40,093 bases of DNA from a virus. This document shows positions 34,710 to 40,093 of this stretch, in pieces. The DNA lies in UHGV virus genome UHGV-0382740; one strand, given 5' to 3'. The translations under genes were made by a program, and so were the position numbers. The notes below the pieces were generated by a model. The model was not told the DNA's origin. It was given only the letters and a program-made list of their open reading frames with translations, and searched no databases. Numbering within the stretch: position 1 is the first letter of the stretch; each line of letters starts with the position of its first letter.

Positions 34710-36780
34710 GTAATACCTCCTTCAATTTACTGATCTGTTCTTGCTGTGCTTGGATAGCCCCGGCCAGCAAGGCAACATAGCTTGTGTATGGTAGGGCATA
34801 GTAACCATCCAGCATGGTATACAGTGGCAAGTCTGATTCTATTTCCGCTACATCCTGTGCTACAAAGCCCATGTCTTTCTCATTGGCCCCCAGCATATAA
34901 AATGTCATTGGTCTTAACGCCATTGTGACAGCAAGCGCTGCCTCAGAGGATATAGGGTTGATATCGCTTTTCATCCGGCGGTCACTCCACCACTCCCCGG
35001 CCCTGCTACTATATATCTGGGTACACTGGATATCATCTGCATATATGTCACCAGACACTATATCCCGCATCTCAGACGATCCATTAACTGTCAGGCGGTC
35101 AATATTGGCATTTTGGGCGGACATTGTACTGACGCCAATGGAGCTGGAGTTTGTTGTCCCGGATATATCTGCCATTATCAGCTTAATATTTTTGGCTACC
35201 AATCCTCCAGATGCATCCCAAGTCAAATTACCATTGGCCGCACCACCAGAGCCATCCGCGTTCACATAAAAGTTGCTGCCCTTAAAGACAAAATGCCCAG
35301 CCTCCATAGTAATGCAGGATCCTGCCTTATTGACTTCCAGATTAATGGATGCTATCAGATCCCCACGGCTTACCTTGGCTTCAATTTGTCCGGCCAGGAC
35401 GCTTATGCTGCCAGCCAGTTCCACTTCCTGATCTGTTGCCCGCTTTACTTCTGCGGTTATCTTGTCGGACACCACTTTAAGCTGAGCTGTGGTCTGCTTT
35501 TCCAGGTCCATCACCGTGGCAGATACCTCATCCACACTCCGTACTATGACGGCCGTCTTACCCTTAAGCTGTATGATCTCATTCTGAATGCCAAAACTCT
35601 GCCCTTGTGTTTTGGTCCCCTTGGCCTCCACGGTATCCATCATTGCTTGTATGCCGCTCATGGTCCTGGTAAGCACAAAAGTAGCTATCTCCATGTCTGT
35701 GGTGATAGCTCTCAGACCATCCCCTACCTCGATCCACGGCATAGCGTAGGATGCTATCTTAGCTGGCCGGTATGTCTTGCCCGCGATTGTGTCATATATG
35801 GACCATGCCAACCGGGTAAGATCTGCGCTCCCAAGTCCATAGGCCAGGAAATTCCCTTCCACCACATAGGTATTTCCACCGGAGCCAACCACAGCGCCTA
35901 TATCCCCCTCTTCCTGCCGGACCTGTACCCGGTCTATCCCATCAATAAGATAGTCCTCATAGGTAATGGATTTATAATATTCCAGTTCCTCCGCCGCTGC
36001 CCATCCAGATTGTGGATACAGGTCATCACCAGGGTACAGGGTATCAGATGGATACAGGCCGGTATCTTGTAGGCTTACATATACTAATGTCCCCGTACGG
36101 TCAAAATGCCCAAACACGCCATTAATCTCACAGATGGCTTTAAGCACATCCCGGCCACATAATGATTCGGGGCTGATAGTCTTACCAACCACCAACCCGT
36201 CATTGATAAGTGCTGTCTGCTCCTGCGGAACCCCTATCTCATCACACAGACTATCCCTCAATTCCTTGACTGTATGGGTGGCATCGTCCGTGGGATACAT
36301 GGCATGATACCAATCTGACACATCCACATCAAACTTGACCATCCTGTCATAGGCCGTGATTTTCCGTTTCCTACGGTCTGCTTGCCGGATCACACTGTCC
36401 ACCACATAGATTCCATAGGCCATCTTATAATCACCTATATTCAGTGTGGCAGTAAACTCTCGTCCCTCAATCTCATCCTCAACATCGGCAACAGTGATCA
36501 CAAACTTGGCTGCCTCACAGCTTCCCCAGATGATGTTATTTCCAGACGATAAGTTTTCGGTAAGGTTTAAAGTCTCCGCGCATATCCGGTCCATTCCAAT
36601 AGTTAGCCATGCTGCTCCAGCATCAGCAGGATACAGATCGTACGCAGGATATAGGTCATTTGATGGATACAACGAATCTACTCCGCCATCAAAAAAAGAC
36701 AGTTCCAGATGTTTCACTGTCTCTGCCCTGTTATTGTCTGACCGGCACCGCTGCTTTATAATCTCCGGTACATCCAGCAC
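34699..36780 (-). CDS. Tail-associated (Tal-like) tail tip or fibre protein with a C-terminal intramolecular chaperone (peptidase S74) domain, 693 aa.
   Basis: The C-terminus SDRRMKSDINPIS..ALAVTMALRPMTFYM....GFVAQDV matches the S74 auto-cleaving chaperone signature. Its size and position are Tal-like. Confidence 0.6.
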   Translation of the reverse strand: MLDVPEIIKQRCRSDNNRAETVKHLELSFFDGGVDSLYPSNDLYPAYDLYPADAGAAWLTIGMDRICAETLNLTENLSSGNNIIWGSCEAAKFVITVADVEDEIEGREFTATLNIGDYKMAYGIYVVDSVIRQADRRKRKITAYDRMVKFDVDVSDWYHAMYPTDDATHTVKELRDSLCDEIGVPQEQTALINDGLVVGKTISPESLCGRDVLKAICEINGVFGHFDRTGTLVYVSLQDTGLYPSDTLYPGDDLYPQSGWAAAEELEYYKSITYEDYLIDGIDRVQVRQEEGDIGAVVGSGGNTYVVEGNFLAYGLGSADLTRLAWSIYDTIAGKTYRPAKIASYAMPWIEVGDGLRAITTDMEIATFVLTRTMSGIQAMMDTVEAKGTKTQGQSFGIQNEIIQLKGKTAVIVRSVDEVSATVMDLEKQTTAQLKVVSDKITAEVKRATDQEVELAGSISVLAGQIEAKVSRGDLIASINLEVNKAGSCITMEAGHFVFKGSNFYVNADGSGGAANGNLTWDASGGLVAKNIKLIMADISGTTNSSSIGVSTMSAQNANIDRLTVNGSSEMRDIVSGDIYADDIQCTQIYSSRAGEWWSDRRMKSDINPISSEAALAVTMALRPMTFYMLGANEKDMGFVAQDVAEIESDLPLYTMLDGYYALPYTSYVALLAGAIQAQQEQISKLKEVLHAK

Positions 36781-36792
36781 CTTACCACCTCC

Positions 36793-37191
36793 TTAATACT
36801 CGATCATCGCTATACGGATGGGGTTATATCGTATATCATTGTCGCTAACATCATAATATGGAAACTGGATGTCTGGCACGTAAAATGTACCCGTTACATA
36901 CTCGTTCTGCTCATCATTCCAGTACTCTACTTCCATGGTCACGCGGTCTGGGAAATAAGATTGCATGTCTATTTTATCCATTAAGTGCATAAAGGGGGTT
37001 GTCCACTCAATCTTCGTCCTGGTGTGCGGTAATACATTTCGGTGTAGAGCGCCGTACCCATCCTGATAGGAATCCTCATCCTGCCGCTGATCCGGGGTTG
37101 CGTTATATGATGCATGAGCTATGTAGTCCATGGGAAATATACGACCATCAAATTTCAACAGCCATCCTTTGTATGCAGGCATACGCACCAC
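36793..37191 (-). CDS. Tail-associated protein, possibly a truncated Dit-like distal tail protein, 132 aa.
   Basis: Immediately precedes the Tal-like gene. Strong RBS AAAGGAGGTG. Confidence 0.35.
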   Translation of the reverse strand: MVRMPAYKGWLLKFDGRIFPMDYIAHASYNATPDQRQDEDSYQDGYGALHRNVLPHTRTKIEWTTPFMHLMDKIDMQSYFPDRVTMEVEYWNDEQNEYVTGTFYVPDIQFPYYDVSDNDIRYNPIRIAMIEY

Positions 37192-37212
37192 CTCCTTTCT
37201 TGAAGAATATGT

Positions 37213-37242
37213 ATAAAAAGAACGCCCCGGAGGACGTTCTGA
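37213..37242 (-). terminator. Intrinsic terminator after the small ORF.
   Basis: RNA stem GAACGUCC/GGGCGUUC (8 bp, one G-U pair) followed by UUUUUAU. Confidence 0.55.
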
Positions 37243-37250
37243 TTATTTTG

Positions 37251-37391
37251 CTATGCTGTTTGTTTTTTATGGTTTGCCCAGTTTAAGGCTATAGCAACTG
37301 CACGCGCTACCTTTATATCTGTCTCATCATACTCTTTCAGTTCTTTTTTGCAGATTTCAACAAACTCATCCTCATTAATCGGATATGACAT
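37251..37391 (-). CDS. Small conserved protein, 46 aa. Paralog of 28225..28380.
   Basis: Manual translation: MSYPINEDEFVEICKKELKEYDETDIKVARAVAIALNWANHKKQTA. Its RBS lies inside the 3' end of the antirepressor gene. Confidence 0.4.
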   Translation of the reverse strand: MSYPINEDEFVEICKKELKEYDETDIKVARAVAIALNWANHKKQTA

Positions 37392-37392
37392 A

Positions 37393-38160
37393 TTAGGCCA
37401 CCTCCTGGCTTATATTCATCTGTGCATTGCAATCAGAAATCTGCTCTGCCAGAATCAAAGGAGGTTCATAACCACCAATAATACTTACTGCAATATCACA
37501 TTGGCTTCTTTTGATAGCCTTATATGTACTAACCCCAAACTGCCGATACAACTCACGGTAAATGTCTCTGTAAAGCCTTTGCCTTAGTGAGTGGTCTTTA
37601 TATGCATTGCTGTTTTTACCACCCAGGCACTGTACCCCTTTTTTCTTTACAGCATTGGTAATCCTATCTTCTTCGATTCCAAGAATGGGCATGTCCTGCT
37701 TAAACTGCTGTAAATCCTGGTTGACAGCTTCTACTTTTTCATCCACTTCGAGTATTGCCTGATTCTGGAGGCGTAGCTGTTCCGTGGCAGATAGTTTCTT
37801 GGGCATTTCGTAGTAACCAGTTTTACGGAGGGTGGGGAGGACTTCCATAGCGAGCCATCGCTGATATCTCTGCGCCCTCTCATTGTTGGCTTTCATGCCA
37901 AGGAGATAGTACAGGCTTTCAGGGATATAATCATCTTTCGCACATTCGTGTGCGAAACCCAACTCCTTACAATACCCATTTAATCTTGACCACATTACAG
38001 AAGTATACTCTTTGCCATTTTTCACTTCTGTTCTAAACCACCCAAAACCCATTGCGGTATCTTCTGCACTAACTGAAATGCTCCCATCAGGATTCATAAG
38101 TGTCCGCACCTGCAATCCCAGTTCTTCATTCTCAAATACCATAACTTCATTCTTTTTCAT
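37393..38160 (-). CDS. Phage antirepressor with a Bro-N domain and a KilA-C-like C-terminus, 255 aa.
   Basis: MVFENEELGLQVRTLMNPDGSISVSAEDTAMGFGW is a Bro-N motif. Confidence 0.7.
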   Translation of the reverse strand: MKKNEVMVFENEELGLQVRTLMNPDGSISVSAEDTAMGFGWFRTEVKNGKEYTSVMWSRLNGYCKELGFAHECAKDDYIPESLYYLLGMKANNERAQRYQRWLAMEVLPTLRKTGYYEMPKKLSATEQLRLQNQAILEVDEKVEAVNQDLQQFKQDMPILGIEEDRITNAVKKKGVQCLGGKNSNAYKDHSLRQRLYRDIYRELYRQFGVSTYKAIKRSQCDIAVSIIGGYEPPLILAEQISDCNAQMNISQEVA

Positions 38161-38268
38161 GAAATAAATTTTCCTCCTTGAAAATCCAAGTGGAATCCTT
38201 TATAATTGAATACATGGATTCCTGTTGTTAACGGGTTCTGCATTGGAGTAAACACGCACTCGCCAAAG

Positions 38269-38493
38269 TTATCGTGTTTGCTCTTTTTTTGTTTCTTCAT
38301 CTTGCAATATTTCAGTTACTCGTATCCCCAACCCTTTGGAAATTTTCCCTAGTGATTGTAATGTTGGACTGGAATTTCCTCTAATATAATTGGAAATTGA
38401 TGCTGCCGAAACTCCGCTGAGTCTAGCAAGCGCTCTAACGCCTGTTTCCTTTTCTGCCATTATAATCAATAATTTCCGATTATCAAGACGCAT
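38269..38493 (-). CDS. XRE-family HTH regulator, Cro-like, 74 aa.
   Basis: GVRALARLSGVSAASISNYIRG is an HTH. Confidence 0.55.
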   Translation of the reverse strand: MRLDNRKLLIIMAEKETGVRALARLSGVSAASISNYIRGNSSPTLQSLGKISKGLGIRVTEILQDEETKKEQTR

Positions 38494-38621
38494 TGTTCTT
38501 CCTCCTTTCCTTTGTTTATTTTTTCATAACATGTTTATTATATGTTTACCTTTGCGTATTGTCAAGTACTTTGTTTACTTTTTCATAACAATGAAGTATA
38601 CTTAAGCCAGGAGGTGTAATT

Positions 38622-39167
38622 ATGTTTGGAACACGTTTAAAAGAACTTCGTACTGCTCATGGATATACATTAAGACAACTTGGTAAGGAGCTTGATATTT
38701 CATATTCATCACTCAGCAATTATGAGAATGGGGTTCAGCAACCAAATTATGAAACACTGGAAAAAATAGCTACATTTTTTAATGTGCGCTTGGATTATCT
38801 TACTGGGAAATCAGATATTCCTTCCTTTAATGGTCTCGTTTTTAATGATGACATAAAAAGTATACAGGAATCATATAATAATGCACCATTGATGATACAG
38901 GAAAAGCTTTCGCTTATCCTTGATAACTTATATCTTATCTGTAATGAACTGATGAGATCCCCTAATAGCACACAATGTATGGAACGTTTCCAAGATATAA
39001 TGAAAAATCTTCTTTCCATACAGACCATAGCCCAAAAGTCATCATTTGTAGATTCAGCAATGCCAGACTTATCAGACATTGAAAATGCTTATAAAAACTA
39101 TCAGTCCGAAAAAAATAATCTTGTCAGTAACCTTGATCTGTTTTTTGAGAGTCTAAGAAAGCACTAG
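38622..39167 (+). CDS. XRE-family repressor-like protein, 181 aa.
   Basis: N-terminal HTH (YTLRQLGKELDISYSSLSNYENG), divergent from the Cro-like gene. Confidence 0.55.
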   Translation: MFGTRLKELRTAHGYTLRQLGKELDISYSSLSNYENGVQQPNYETLEKIATFFNVRLDYLTGKSDIPSFNGLVFNDDIKSIQESYNNAPLMIQEKLSLILDNLYLICNELMRSPNSTQCMERFQDIMKNLLSIQTIAQKSSFVDSAMPDLSDIENAYKNYQSEKNNLVSNLDLFFESLRKH

Positions 39168-39214
39168 TTATGTCCAAGTTTTCTTATTCGGAGCATATCA
39201 TATCTGAATCCATA

Positions 39215-39237
39215 TGTAAACAATGCTATTGTTTACA
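39215..39237. promoter_or_regulatory. Perfect 10-bp inverted repeat, TGTAAACAAT gct ATTGTTTACA. Candidate operator.
   Basis: Read directly from the sequence. Confidence 0.4.
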
Positions 39238-39288
39238 CAATTCCGTCTGTTTATTTGCAATTTTTTACTGTCATTTTTATTAACAAAA

Positions 39289-39338
39289 GTTATTAAAAGT
39301 TATTAATAGCTATTAAAAGTTGTTAAAAGTTATTAGAC
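39289..39338. repeat. Five tandem 10-bp repeats (GTTATTAAAA and variants).
   Basis: gttattaaaa, gttattaata, gctattaaaa, gttgttaaaa, gttattagac. Confidence 0.6.
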
Positions 39339-39366
39339 GGTTTTAGATAGTAACAAAGCATATAAG

Positions 39367-39468
39367 TTGTCTGAAAATTATGTTTTATGGTATACTGTAT
39401 TTTTTTCAGAAACATTTATAAATCTCTTCCGAGCATAACAAAAGCACCCGGTCCCCAGGTGCTTTTTC
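39367..39468 (+). ncRNA. Candidate small RNA, about 65 nt: a sigma-A-like promoter followed by an intrinsic terminator with no ORF.
   Basis: -35 TTGTCT at 39367..39372, an 18-nt spacer, extended -10 TGgTATACT ending at 39396, and a terminator hairpin GCACCCGG/CCAGGTGC plus T5 at 39443..39467. Confidence 0.35.
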
Positions 39469-40050
39469 CTATACCTTAAATTTCTTTCCACATTTCAAAC
39501 ATGTAACCTCGATCTTTTTTGCGCCGATACTCCCGGCCAACGCTCCGCCGATCACACCAAAGGCCAGCGTACCGACCACAGCCTTTCCCATGCCAAAGCC
39601 TTTTTTGTTGGCTGAAAGGGATGTGGATCCGCAACGCGGGCATCTCGCTTGGTTATTATCAGCCTGACTTGCTATGACCTGCTTATTAATAGACTCCGAT
39701 TTAGATTTTTCAATGACAATAGGCTCGTATGATATTTTATACTTAATAGCATCAGTTAATGTATGTTGAATATCACATTTACACCGCTCTGTCATTATCT
39801 TATGTAAATGCTCAAGATCTTCTCCATATCTGCTATTTGATAATAATGTGTATTTTTTAGGGGCTTTCATATGCCGATTTCCAATAACTATTATGTATTT
39901 GTCCAATGTCATTTCCCAATAGAGCAAGATATAATCTTCGATTTTCCCATATGGGCAGTAACCAAAATTACGTTTATCTTTTAACTCCAAGTTTCCATAT
40001 TTATAACAAATAGAATCCCCATTATCAAAGCGAATCTGCAACTCTTCCAT
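39469..40050 (-). CDS. Hypothetical protein with two C-terminal CxxC zinc-ribbon motifs flanking a Gly-zipper transmembrane segment, 193 aa.
   Basis: CPRCGS...GKAVVGTLAFGVIGGALAGSIG...CLKCGK. Own GGGAGG RBS and an upstream TATACT box. Confidence 0.35.
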   Translation of the reverse strand: MEELQIRFDNGDSICYKYGNLELKDKRNFGYCPYGKIEDYILLYWEMTLDKYIIVIGNRHMKAPKKYTLLSNSRYGEDLEHLHKIMTERCKCDIQHTLTDAIKYKISYEPIVIEKSKSESINKQVIASQADNNQARCPRCGSTSLSANKKGFGMGKAVVGTLAFGVIGGALAGSIGAKKIEVTCLKCGKKFKV

Positions 40051-40093
40051 CTAATCAACCTCCCTGCACCTCATATACAGAGTATACCAGATA

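Noticed and set aside
35113-36072. A 319-aa plus-strand ORF inside the Tal-like gene.
   Set aside because: Antisense shadow ORF. Cys/His/Gly-rich with no RBS.
39289-39338. CRISPR array.
   Set aside because: The repeats are only 10 bp with no spacers. No cas genes. No CRISPR-like arrays anywhere in the window.

Overview
The window looks like temperate siphovirus-type prophage DNA from a low-GC Gram-positive host, probably Clostridia-like. This is judged from gene content and the endolysin cell-wall-binding repeats only. Almost all genes run on the minus strand.

Element A, 13..~28100. It reads right to left as a nearly complete prophage.
- Lysogeny module: CI-like repressor and ImmA-like peptidase (plus strand), Cro-like regulator (minus strand), tyrosine integrase, and an attP-like site carrying the 3' end of a tRNA.
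- Early region: SbcC/SMC-like ATPase, RecT-like annealing protein, Cas4-like PD-(D/E)XK nuclease, HNH endonuclease, RusA resolvase, DnaD-like initiator with an embedded iteron origin, and a DnaC-like helicase loader.
- An unusual putative DNA-modification cluster: a minimal C5-methyltransferase-fold protein lacking the SAM-binding loop, a PP-loop/PAPS-reductase-like protein, and small Cys-rich proteins.
- A small tyrosine recombinase split by a frameshift, then a late activator.
- Packaging and structural genes: small and large terminase, portal, minor head protein, scaffold, capsid, connector proteins, major tail protein, a tail chaperone pair with a -1 frameshift, and a complete 1027-aa tape measure protein.

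Element B, ~28100..40093. It looks like a second, internally deleted phage-like element in the same orientation. It carries an endolysin, a holin, tail-fibre, BppU-like, Tal-like and a possible Dit-like gene, an antirepressor and XRE regulators. It has no replication, packaging or head genes.

The A/B junction has integrase arm-type repeats on both sides of the core, which fits a tandem prophage.

The most interesting signal is a putative invertible tail-fibre C-terminal cassette in element B. A 13-bp perfect inverted repeat marks an in-frame crossover point between a tail-fibre gene and an oppositely oriented homologous C-terminal fragment.

Other notable signals are the orphan DNA-modification-like cluster, the frameshifted second tyrosine recombinase, a paralogous small-protein pair, and a candidate small RNA with upstream 10-bp iterons near the right edge.
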